This document shows, piece by piece, positions 1 to 11,837 of a DNA stretch of 64,000 bases. Source of the stretch: Orbicella franksi (lineage: Eukaryota). Numbering within the stretch: the first letter of the stretch is position 1; each line of letters starts with the position of its first letter. The stretch is from the NCBI GenBank assembly GCA_964199315.1, contig OZ116709.1, positions 2,294,001 to 2,358,000 on the forward strand, written 5' to 3'. Both the position numbers and the translations under genes were made by a program. The notes under the pieces are model-generated. The model was not told the DNA's origin and made no database searches. It was given only the letters and a program-made list of their open reading frames with translations.

Positions 1-240
1 CCCCAAATTCTCAGGGACTGTATTGTTTTAAAACCAGGTACAACAATAGGACAACTCTTTGACATCATGCTTTATCCACCAGTTTCTCTTCTTGCTGGAG
101 AGTATGTGAGGGCAGAAGGGGTAAATTCAAAAGGTGTGAAAAATGTGTTACATAAACAAGATGCTGTGAATGAGTCGAACCAGATTGTCAAAATTATGAG
201 TACCAAGAAAGCTTCATCTTCAACAAAGACAAGAAATTAA
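1..240 (+). CDS. 3' end (partial) of a probable Obg-family Ygr210/archaeal YchF-like GTPase, C-terminal TGS domain
   Basis: Frame 1 is open from base 1 to TAA at 238-240: PQILRDCIVLKPGTTIGQLFDIMLYPPVSLLAGEYVRAEGVNSKGVKNVLHKQDAVNESNQIVKIMSTKK. The pattern (L.D...L..G.T ... A ... I.KI.S) recalls the TGS tail of Ygr210-like GTPases. The 5' part lies outside the window. Confidence 0.55.
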   Translation, partial: PQILRDCIVLKPGTTIGQLFDIMLYPPVSLLAGEYVRAEGVNSKGVKNVLHKQDAVNESNQIVKIMSTKKASSSTKTRN

Positions 241-579
241 AAATATTATATATTTATCCACTGGATTAATTTTTTTTTCACAACTGATGTGGATTAAAAG
301 AAAATAGTGTTGAAAAACTCATTAACTGTAAGCAGTATTTTTAATGGGTAATAAATTTCAAACATTGATAACAATAGATGGCAAGACAGACATGTAAAAG
401 AAAATTGAACAACTGGCTTTCCTAGGTAAATAGATAATAGGGGAAATATAATAAAGATTATTTTTTGTAGGTTAAATAGTTAATATGAATTGTTTTTTTT
501 GTGCAAAGTGTGAAGTAAAATGACTATTTTTAAATGATAATCACTAAAGATTATTAATGTGTGACTTAAAATCTAGAGC

Positions 580-3500
580 TCATTTCTTTTCTTTGCTTCC
601 TAATAATTCTTTCAAGAAGAATTCTTCTTCTGTGTAAAATGTCAGTCCACAATTTGCCGCAAATTCCTTATCACTTTTGCCATGATCTTTTCCCCTTCCA
701 GCTGCATCACCAACAAAGAAACTTTTCTTTTTATCAACTTTCACATCACCATTACAGCTTTGGCAAAAGAACTCCCACATTCCTGTGCTGGGCTTACGAT
801 AGGCATCCTTTGATGTGGCCACAAGTATTTGGAATGGGAGATCCACCTGGAAAAAAAGCGTAATGGACCAGGTTCCAGATACGTTTTCAAGGCAGTGTGT
901 CGATAAGAAATTCCAGTGGGTCAATTCCCATTGCTCCCACCTAATCATTATAAATTTCCTCTATTAATTTGTTGTGTCATGTAGCTGACCTTGATGAGTG
1001 TTTGACCCCAGACCCCTCACTTATCTGGAACACTGAATGAAACATCTAAATTATTAAGAGATTAAGAATAATTTGTTCTCCTTGCTATTATTTTATACAA
1101 TGTCAGCCATCATTTGTCACTGGGTATTAATCACTCAGGCATGCAAATACATGGAGAGGGCTATGTATCAGAAGCCCTTTGCATGAACTGTCAGCCTCTG
1201 ATACTGGGTAATAACTATCAGTACTTCAACAACATTGTAAGTGGGTAATGAGCTGCTTAGCTGTTGCCATTGGTACTTGGTATTGGCAAGTACCATAGGT
1301 GTACTGTGCATCATATTTTTTCCTTGTGATTGGAAATGTGGTAGAGCATACTCTCCTACTAATGTTTAACAAAATAATATATTACATCTTGTATATGAAT
1401 CTCACCATTCTGAACTGAACACTGTTTCTTCAACCACAACCCTCTAATAAACTGAGAAAAAAAAAACTGAGAATTTTTTAGCTACCTTTTTGACAAAGCC
1501 TGTGAGTCTTCCTTTCTTTTCATCTATAACCTTTTGTTTTGATGCCTTAGCTTTACGTATTGCAGCTTGATTGGTGAAGATAACAAGTTTATATCCATCC
1601 TTGTGAAGACATGTTAGCTTCTCTATACAGTTTGGGTAAAGTATGGACCATGCATCAGGTCCATGTTTGAATAAAGATGTCTTCGCTAATGTGCCATCAA
1701 AATCAAAACTTGCAATTTTCTCTGAATGCTGGATTTCCTGTGATTCATAGTAGAGTAAGGTTCCTTTCCACTTCCAAGAGGCCAGTGAATTGCCTGTTTT
1801 ATTGGACTTGGAAATTTCATGGCCCTTCATTTCCATTTCTAGAAAAAGTGCAAGTTATTATTAAAATAAATATCTAATTTAATTATGCCAAATCATACAT
1901 GCAGTTAAACAATGACTCTTTTCAGATCTGTGACAAATATAGACTACCCAAACTAATCCACTCAGACACCTTTTTTTCAAATCTATGAAATACCTTGTAT
2001 CTACAACCCTCTGCCCACCAAAACATATCACCCAAAAAATTTATGACCCTGAAGTAACCATCAAACTTCCACACTTCATGTTAGATATATATTTTATGCT
2101 CTCTGCCCTCAAGGGCACCACAGACTGCTATCATGCACTGCTGTACATAACATACTTCCCATGCAGCAAGCACACAGCTAGCAACCAGACAGTGGTGAGC
2201 TGGAATTATGCAGCAACTCCACTACCATCCCCACAAAAAGGAATTTTACTCAGAAATCTGAGCCCCAGGTTAGGAATGGTCCAATTTTTGCAAGGTGAGC
2301 TGGAACTTTATCCCATGTTGCCCTAAGTGTATTTCAGCCAAAGCCTTCCTTTGAAAAGTCAGACACCGCATAAAATTATACCCACCCTCTTTCCCCTCCC
2401 TCGATCGCACTAAACACCTGGTAGGGGACTCCCATATGAAAAGGATGAGTGTGCTCATCAGAAACTTTGAAAAGAACCCCTAACAGGTACAAGATCCTGT
2501 TTTGTGGGCATGGCTTGAAATGTTTTTCATCCCTAAGAGCTACCAATTCTAAAACAAATTATCTGCTGCCATATTTTTTCAGCTCATACCCTAAAAGGTA
2601 CAGCCAAAACTCCTGCTATAGAACTTTTGAGGCTGAACACCCTAATTGCCAAAACCGCATTTTTAAACCCCAAAAGGCACAACGGGCACCCCCCCCCCCC
2701 CCTTGCCTCTGGCTAAACATTGATCACTGCATTAATCAGGCCACAGGTAAAGATGGGCAAAGGTTTTGTTTGGTTACTGAATAACCATAACAAAACGTAT
2801 GAAAGATTCAAAAGATGGCTGTCACCTGCCAAGTAAACAGCAGTTCAAGCTAAGCTCGAGTCTGAAATTTAAGGTCATTCTTCACATTTACATTGCACAT
2901 CCTTACTGTGCATAATTTATGGCGTCATTAGCGCGTGCTCGTGCACGCACATATTGAAAACATGACGGATTTGCCTTGATATTGAGCTCTGTCAGTTGAA
3001 AAATGGTTCTAGCTCACAAACGAGCACAGGCACCCCAATTTTTTTCTAGTCATTGTAATCAACTAATCATAAGCTTTGCGTGAGAAAAGACTAATCTAAT
3101 TTCTATTGCTGAAAATTGAATAAATAAGAAAAATAGCAGACACACTGTGGTCTTTTCTATTTTGCAGTCGGTAACCACGTCAAGAAATTTGGTTCAAATT
3201 TTTAATCAAGGATTTAGCTTTCTGCCTGAATCAAACTTAAAATGTTTATTTGTGTTCGACACAATGCATTAACTGTAGTTTAATGCGTATTCTTTTGAGT
3301 CTGGGTTCACAAAGATTTTACAATTACTGGGAATGCGTTCTTATAACAAGCATCAAATAATGCCAAAATGGGGCATTTTCAATGCCTCACTGCTCCTTAA
3401 TGAGCATGGGCACCCCCCTTTTTTATTTCAAAATTGAAGTTATAATATGACAAATATTCGGTGGACAGAGTTTGAACAAAACCCTATTGTAACTTTTATT

Positions 3501-3729
3501 TCAGAGGAATTACCTTAATAAAGCCTAAGGACCGGAACAGGTAAAAGAATACCTACAATAGTATAGTAAAGCTAAAGAAAGCCAAGGCAATGCATCTCAA
3601 CAGTCTCTTACCTTGGTTAGGTGCTCTAAAGAATCTTTTGATGCTATGTTGTTTGCCGTCGTTTGCATCCTCCTCGATTTCCTCTATTTTTCTTTTCACT
3701 GATTTTGAACTACCCCCTATTTTCGCCAT
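580..3729 (-). CDS. Stand-alone polynucleotide (DNA) 3'-phosphatase, ZDP/Tpp1/PNKP-phosphatase-like HAD enzyme, 245 aa
   Basis: Exons 3729-3612, 1838-1486, 846-580. GT-AG sites, phases 1/0, total 738 nt. HAD motifs DFDGT, IFTNQ, RKP.TGMW and FVGDAAGR..DH..SD are intact. The stop follows EEEFF directly, with no kinase domain. Confidence 0.9.
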
Positions 3730-3868
3730 CTTGATTTGCGGGCTCAATATTATTGATTTCAGCGGTTGCCATCATGACCACCCGTGATGTAAAACACATG
3801 CAAAATGGAGGAATCGTGAACCAAACACACGTGTGGTAGTCAATGGAGAAAATCCAGAGATTGGGATC
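3730..3868. promoter_or_regulatory. Compact bidirectional promoter region between the 3'-phosphatase gene and RBM19
   Basis: Divergent ATGs at 3729 (-) and 3869 (+) are only 139 bp apart. Confidence 0.7.
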
Positions 3869-6800
3869 ATGTCCAGGCTTATTATCAGGAACCTTCCTAA
3901 CAGTATAAAAGAAGAAAGGATCCGTTCTATTTTTGCGGCTAAAGGAGAATTAACAGATGTTAAGTTGTGCCGCACAAAAGATGGAAAGTTCAGAAGATTT
4001 GGCTTCATTGGATACAAAACAGAAGATCAGGCGAAAGCTGCCTTACAGCATTTTAACAGTTCGTTTATTGATACCTCTAAGATAACCGTAGACTTTGCTA
4101 AAAGTCTTGGAGATGAGTCACTACCGCGGCCTTGGAGCAGGTATTCGGAGGGAAGTTCTGCGAACGACAGATTGAAAAAGAAAAAAGAAAGGAAAGCTGA
4201 GGACCTGAAAGATCGAGTTTCAAAACCTACAGAGGCGAAAGATCCAACTGAAACACATAGCATAAACAAACAGAAATCAAGTACTGTAAATGAGAAAAAC
4301 AAGAAAAAGCGGACAAAAGCTTTAGATGACCTAGAAAAGGATACTGAATTTCAGGAATTTTTAAGTGTACATAAACACCGTGGCTCAAAACAAACATGGA
4401 GTAATGATAATGTAGATAGTGGCCAGCCAGAACCAAAGGAAAGTCAGACAAGGCAAAGGAAACAGGAAATAGTCACAGCAAATAAGGTACCGGTATGTAC
4501 AGGACTGCTTGAAATGAAAAGCTATATATACCAGTTCTGCTATCCTAGTTCTGCAATGGGTATGCACAAAGTGCAAGTCAGTGAGTCATGTGACTGGCCC
4601 ATTCCAGTTAGCCTAAATAGCTGTCTAGTTAGCGTGAATAGCCCTCTGAGGAGAGGAAAGGATTGGTTATGAAACCCCTCTACTAACTATGCTCAAGTAA
4701 CCTAAATAACCCTCTAGTTAGTTTGATTTAGCTTAGATAGCTAGTGGCTAGCCATTTTGTTGAAGCCAGTAGGGACTTCTGGCTCAAATGGTTTGTTTAC
4801 AGGTTAGCTGATTGAGAAATAATGCTTTGGTTAGCTTTAATAATACTGGCTAAACTAAATAACCTTCTGGTTAGTCTAAATAGCAGTCTGGCTATCCTAA
4901 GTTAGCTAAGTCAGCTTACATGTTAGTCTAATAATTTATGGGGGTCAGGGATCACAGATCACATGGCTCACTGGCTTGCTCTTTGTACACACACTCCGAT
5001 CCTGTGATGGACTAGCATTAGGAGAGAATACAGTGCAGTACTAGCCAAAATTATTGAAACAGGAAGTACTTTCAACTGAACTGGAATGTTCAGAATGGCA
5101 ATTAAAAGTTAGGTTACTTTTGGCTGGTATTATACCCTTACATTATCAATCAATCTCAATCAATCCTTCTTTATTTGTACTCACTCGGTGTTCAATGAAA
5201 TACATTGCAGTTGTATGTCTCGGAGACCATTGACACATTTAACGTCCTCTGATCTATTGCATTGGAACAGATTTGTACCTTTTGTAAATGCATACCTAGT
5301 TAACTGAACTAAATTGGACACTAGGAATTAGGAAGGCTTTTGGCAGTTTTAAATATTGATAAGAAAGGTGCAGGTCACAGTAAAATAATACTTACTGGTA
5401 GAAAGGCCTCTTGGAGTGAGTTTATAGTACCATTTCATAGGTCAGCATTGTGGTGCCTGTTGGAAAATATTTGTAAACTCATGACATATGTTACAGGGAT
5501 CCATATTAGCAGTCATCCAGTTTCAGAGACAACTAAAAAATTGAAAGGATGACCAAAACAATGCGAAAACTTGTCTGCTGGACAAGTTTAGTTTGACTCA
5601 TTTCAGTTTGAAAGCATTTCTTATATTTTTTATGAGTCCTGTGCATTCTGACCTCTTGTCATTCATTTGGAACTTTCAGAAAGAGAGAGAGTAAAATTTT
5701 GCCATGGCAAGTATGTCATCTGGCCTACTTGCCAAGCTGATGACTTTGAGAAAAAACCACTATGGATCCCTAATGTTAGGAATTCTTACCAGTGTTGTTA
5801 ATAATTTTTTAAGCCATGTTGATCTGTTGGGTTTTCCCTTCTCAGTAAAGACTCTGTTAATGGAATATTCATTTCAAGGTTAAGATCTGTGTTGTTTAAT
5901 TCTTTAATTCACTTCTGTTTCTTCCTTGTTAATTTTATTAGTCATCCAAGAGCCCATTAAAATATGATGACTCTGATGACAGTGGTAATGAAGATGAAGT
6001 TTATGATGCATCAGGTACACTTTAATCATCCACAAGAAAATGCAGTGATGGAAAGACCATTTATATGATAAGGACTATCGATATTGATTCAGGATGCTGA
6101 CTCACTTGAAGATCCGCATCAGAAGTTTTAAAAATGTTTAATGTTTAAAAATATGCCACTCATAAAATTCTTACAAAAGTACATCTGGGACCGCTGTAGC
6201 ACATTTTCCGTATCTGTTTTGATGATGTCATTTCCCACTTTTTCACAGTTGTTTGTGCAAACAGCCAGTTTGTCTACGTTATGAAATTAAAAAATATGTG
6301 TTGGCTTTAACATGTTAAAAACAATTTTTTAACTCACTTACTGCCCTCATATGTAAAATATTGTTTTTACTGCCTTCCACCATTTTATGAAAATCGATCA
6401 GATTTTTCGGAACAACTTAGAAACCCATGAAAGTGGATTTTGGGGAGTTAAAATCCAAAACGTTTCCTAGGGGAGCATTGTCTTAGACCCATCTCAGAAA
6501 TAAGTCACCATTTACCCTAGATTCGCCCCTAATCATAGACCTATCGCTGCCGTGTACTAACCTCTTATATAGTTTACATGAAACCTACAGTGTTCCTTTA
6601 ACCAAATATTGGGCACAAATGTCACTTCTTAAATGAAAATAAAAATTTGAAAGATTTGAATATTACAAAACTTGGCTGGCTCTTTTTACTTCCACTTTCG
6701 CTTTGCTTTGTCTTAAAGGCTTGTGGAGAAAGTGTTTTATTTTTTTGCTGGCAGTCAATGCACCAGTAGACAAGAACAAGTGGAACCCGTGGAGCACAAG

Positions 6801-9800
6801 TTTAATTTGTCATACCTGAATACAGTTGAACCTGTACTATTGGACATCTCTCAATAGCAGCCCCTGGGTTAGTTGTTGTCTGCTGCAGTGAGAGTCAACT
6901 GTAGACAACTTATTATACAGCCCTAGTTTCAATTTCCAGTTGTAGTATGCATTCCCTACAACACCTTTACAAGTGATTCTCATTACTGTACTAATATATA
7001 GAATTTTGTTGCAGGAGCCACAGAAGCATGGACTGAAGATACAAAAAATGGTGAGGAAATTGATGAGGAAGAGACCAAAATAGCCAAGGATTCCAAATTG
7101 TCAGATATGGATTATTTAAAATCAAAGGTTGTTTCAAGCAAACAGAAGACTGTAAAGACCAAGAAAAGTAAAGGATCCCAAAATAATAAAATTGATGATT
7201 CAGAAAATGAAGAGGAGAGGAATAGAGAAAGTTTGGATGATGAACCTATGGATACTAGTGCAAGAGAAAGTGACCAGGACAGTGGTGATAGTGATGATAA
7301 TGATGAGGACGACATTGAGGAGGGTTATGATAATGGAGACGATGCTGATGAAGATGATGATAGTGATAATAACACAGACGACAGTCCCAAAGAATCTTCT
7401 GTATTTGGAACAATTAAAATGAGGGGATTGCCTTTCAAGGCAAAGGAACAACACATCAAAGACTTCTTTGCACCTCTGAGAATAGTAGATATTAGAATAA
7501 TAAAAAATGCCAAGGGAAAGCCAGCTGGCTGTGCATTTGTTGATTTTGGAAATGAGAAAGATATTAAGGAGGCACTGAAGAGAGATAGAGATTGTATTGA
7601 GGGTCGATATATTGAGCTGTTCAGAGACAAAGGAGAACAATCACTAAATCAGGAGATTGACAAAGACAAACCCTGGATGAAGAAACTTGCTGCACAAGGA
7701 GGTGAAGAAGAGTTTGAAAGCATTGCAGAGGTAAGGGAAAATGTAGTGTCAGGCATGTGGTGCGTGCAACAGCTACATCCAGGATAAACTTGATTTCTGC
7801 CACTCTTTCCGGTCTGGCTGCGTTCCTCCGTAGTGAGTGCAGGCTAATGTCCTGAAACAGTGGCTGGTAATTGACCCTAGATCCAGCAAGGTACAGAAAT
7901 GGCTACAGCTTCATAGGCCTTTGCATGCATTGTAGCCTGTAATGCTGGATAATGATCCCTGCCTAAAATGCGAAATTGCAGTACTTAAATCATTAAACAA
8001 TACATTTCTGCCCTGACACTGCCCCAGTGCTTTTATTTGTGACAATAATAGTAATAGTAATAATATTATTATAATACTACTTTACAGGGAGTGGTTGCCC
8101 CTTCTCCCAAGCCAGGGTCTGGTCTACACAGCAGGGCTGCAATTAAAAAGAGCATCCTTATTAAGACCAAACAATGGAGGAGGGAGGGAGGTGCAGTGGC
8201 CTCATGGTTAGTGCACTTGTCTCCGGATCAAGTGGTCCGGGTTGGAACCCTGGCTAGGGTCATTGCATTGTTTTCTTGGGCAAGACACTTTACTCTCACA
8301 GTGCCTCTCTCCACCCAGGTGTATAAATGGGTACCGGCGAACTTAATGCTGGGAGGTAACCTTGCGATGAACTAGCATCCCATCTAGGGGGAAGTGAAAT
8401 ACTCTTAGTTGCTTCATGCCACAAGAAATGGGATAAGCTCCGGCCTGATGGGCTACTCGGCTTGTATGTAGACTTAACCTTAGGGCAAAACAAGTACATG
8501 TAAATTACCAGTATTACCTAAAATAATATTTGAGTCTTTGTTTAAAACACGATGTAGTCTGGTCGACTCTTTCTTCGTAACTTGGCCTATGCATGCTCAG
8601 AGGAAGACTTGCAAAACCTGTTTGACAAGTTTGGTCCCCTGACTGAGACATACCTGCCGTTGGACAAGACAACTAACAGGCCCATTGGAATAGGATTTGT
8701 CACTTTTGTCATGCCTGAACATGCAGTGAAAGCTTTTAATGAGCTGGATGGGAAAATATTTCAAGGAAGACTGCTCCACATTTTACCATCAAAGGCAAAG
8801 GAGACTAAGGATGAAGACACAGGTTTGTAGTGGAATTGTTGTTGTTTTTTCTTTTCAAAAAACCTTTCATGTAGTGTTCTTTTCAGAAGTATTAGTTGGG
8901 TCAAAATATTTAAGATGATCTTTAAAAATTCAAGCTACTAATGTCTACAATCTTTTCAGTTAACACTGCAAACAAAATTAACAATAATCTAACTACCTAT
9001 AGATGGAACAAATCTAGCAACAAATGACCCATTACTCTTTACATGACCCTTTCAGCTGTGTTTGGAGCGCTTTTGTTGTATGTGTGAGGACTAACAACTT
9101 GTAGATAAAGCCGTACCTTCTACCTAAATGTGTCGTGTGCCCTATCTGTGATTGCAGGTGATCTGTGAATGCTTATTGCAAATAACAAAGTCTTCTTGCC
9201 TATACAGATACAGTGACGTCTTTCAAGTCAAAACGTGACGCCAAGAAGAAAAGTCTCAGCAGCCACGATCATAACTGGAACACACTGTTTCTGGGAATGA
9301 ACTCTGTGGCTGATGTCATGGCTGATCAGTATAACACCACTAAAGGCAGCATTTTAGATGACGCCTCATCAAGAAGTCTGGCTGTACGCATGGCTCTCGG
9401 AGAAACACAAGTTGTTACAGAAACAAGGAAGTTTCTTGTGTCTGAAGGAGTTAAGCTTGATGTTTTTGGGCAGGTGTGTTATGCATATAACTCGCTTAGC
9501 TTGTTACTTGTTCTTTTAACTGTCAAATCAAGTATTAAGTATTCTTGATGTCAGGTGTGAAATTACACTAAGTAAACGTAGTGAGTTTAGTTTACAACAT
9601 TTTACATAAGGAATTATTGATATCATGAACAAACTAATTGTGACTTCCTTATCTTAGCCGTCAGCTAAGAGGAGTAAAACTGTCATACTTGTGAAAAACC
9701 TTCCCTTTAACACACCATGTGAGGAGCTCAGGAATATCTTTGCACCATTTGGAAAAGTTGCCAGGCTTGTGCTGCCTCCTTCAGGAATCACGGCTCTTGT

Positions 9801-11782
9801 GGAGTTCTTTGAACCAAGTCAAGCAAAGAAAGCTTTCCAAAAGTTGGCATATAGCAAGGTAAATTTTGAAATATTTGCTTAAGATTAAATATGTTACAAT
9901 TCCCGGAGAGTCTTAACCAGTAGAAAAGCATGGGAAGCACTTCGTTGAGAGCAATTGAATGCAAGGACATCTGGAGTCGTTCTAACATTTTGCACAGATT
10001 GCTGAAACACACTGATACTGCTCGACATCCTACTGAAACACTTTTGTTGATCTTTGAAAATACTGTGGACAAGACTGAAAGTGTTCTAGAGAATTGGAGA
10101 TTGAAGATTTCTGACGGGGCTGAAGCAAACATTGCATATCTCACTCACTTGAGGAAAAGCGCTTTGACTAACCAGTTGGTAAACATTGCTTTGTATTTAC
10201 AGTTTAAACACGTCCCTCTGTACTTAGAGTGGGCTCCTCTTGGAGTATTTTCTGGGAAACCTGAAGAGAAACTTGCAGAAGAAACATCAGAAACGACAAA
10301 GGAGAATAAGGTATACAATGTTACAGCATTTGCGTGGGTCTGAACCTCTATCATGCAATGTATGCTACCAATCAGTATTGATCTATAATACAACAGGCGG
10401 AACAGGCTGTTTTTCTTCCAAATTGGTAGTGAAATATAACACTCTCTTGTTTTAAAAGTCCTGGCACGCAAGAAGAATTCTTAAAGAGGAGTAATTACTA
10501 CTAGAAAGACAAACAAGATTATATGAGAAATTGCTACTACAGCTACTTTAATTTCTGGCTGTAACTACTACAAACACCTCTTTGAAGGAATTTTGGTCGT
10601 TTATAAATAAAGCTATCAACTCAACTCACTCAACTGTCATGGCGAGGGGGCGGGGAAGGGGGGGCAGGGGTGGCTCAGTTGTTGAAAACGAAATGTCACT
10701 TAAAATTTTGACCAAGTAGTCAGAAATTTGTTTGATGCTAAGAAGTGGGTTGTTGCCTTTCCAAGCGACTTTCGAGGTTTGTTTCTGTTCAACGTTCAGC
10801 CTTACGTTTGTATATAGGTGGTCCTTTCGCTTTATATAAAGGGTTTACCTCGACGCGGCCATTGCCCGTAAGAGGCTGGAAAAAGGGATTATGACTGATT
10901 ACTCAAAAAAGGACAAGGGTGATTTCGACTGGTTACGATTGAGAAGTATTTACGAACGTCGAATTTGAAAACACTCAAGACAGTTACCAAATACAAAATG
11001 TGTTTTTGCTCGCTATCTTTTACATATAATTGGAGATAAGTACCTGAATGTTTACATTGTGATTTTGTTTTGTTTCTTTAGGGCAAGGAAACTCCTGGAG
11101 ATAAAGAATCTGATGTTCAAGACGATGAAGGTGGTGATTCAGAAAATACTGAAGGCACGAGTGTCTTTGTAAAGAACTTGAATTTCGATACAACAGAAGA
11201 TAGCCTGAAAGAGGTAAACATGTTGACAATGTGTATTCATTGAATGTTATCAAGAGAACAACAAGGTAAGTACCTTGATCTTCTCTTGATGTTGCAAGTT
11301 ATGTTATATACTCCTGCGTTGGTATCTTCTGGTACAGATAAAGCCACTTTAGAAGCGCTCAATAAACCCATTGAATATTATTTCAAGTCGTACATAGTTG
11401 ACGTTCGGCATAGAGGCCATAGATTGGCGTCCATAGCTGGTGGGATTATGCCCGCGAGTGCTTCGTTACAGCCGCGGAGCCTGTAACGAAAGTGGCGAGG
11501 TTGCCTGGAGACCTGTGGTCACAATGGCCAATTCCCTCCAGGAGACATCTTGGAGTGGATGTTTTGATAAATACAACTACCATGATTCTCTGCAGGCGCG
11601 TCTCATAAAGGCAATTAACCATTCCCTCGCGGCTTCGCCCTTAGCATCCGCGCCTCCGTACTTGGGCGGGAAATCCCGCCAGCTAAACAGGCTAGCTAAG
11701 GCTTTATGACCGATTATTCCCTCAGGGCGCCGTTAGCCAATCGGAATGGCCATTTTTCCGACGCCTACCTCAAACGCTTGCC

Positions 11783-11837
<55 letters not shown>

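Noticed and set aside
7112-7640. Several antisense or alternate-frame ORFs over RBM19 exon 3
   Set aside because: Shadow ORFs of an acidic low-complexity coding region.
9930-10343. 137-aa ORF as an independent gene
   Set aside because: Only 10203-10310 is RBM19 exon; the rest is intron read-through.
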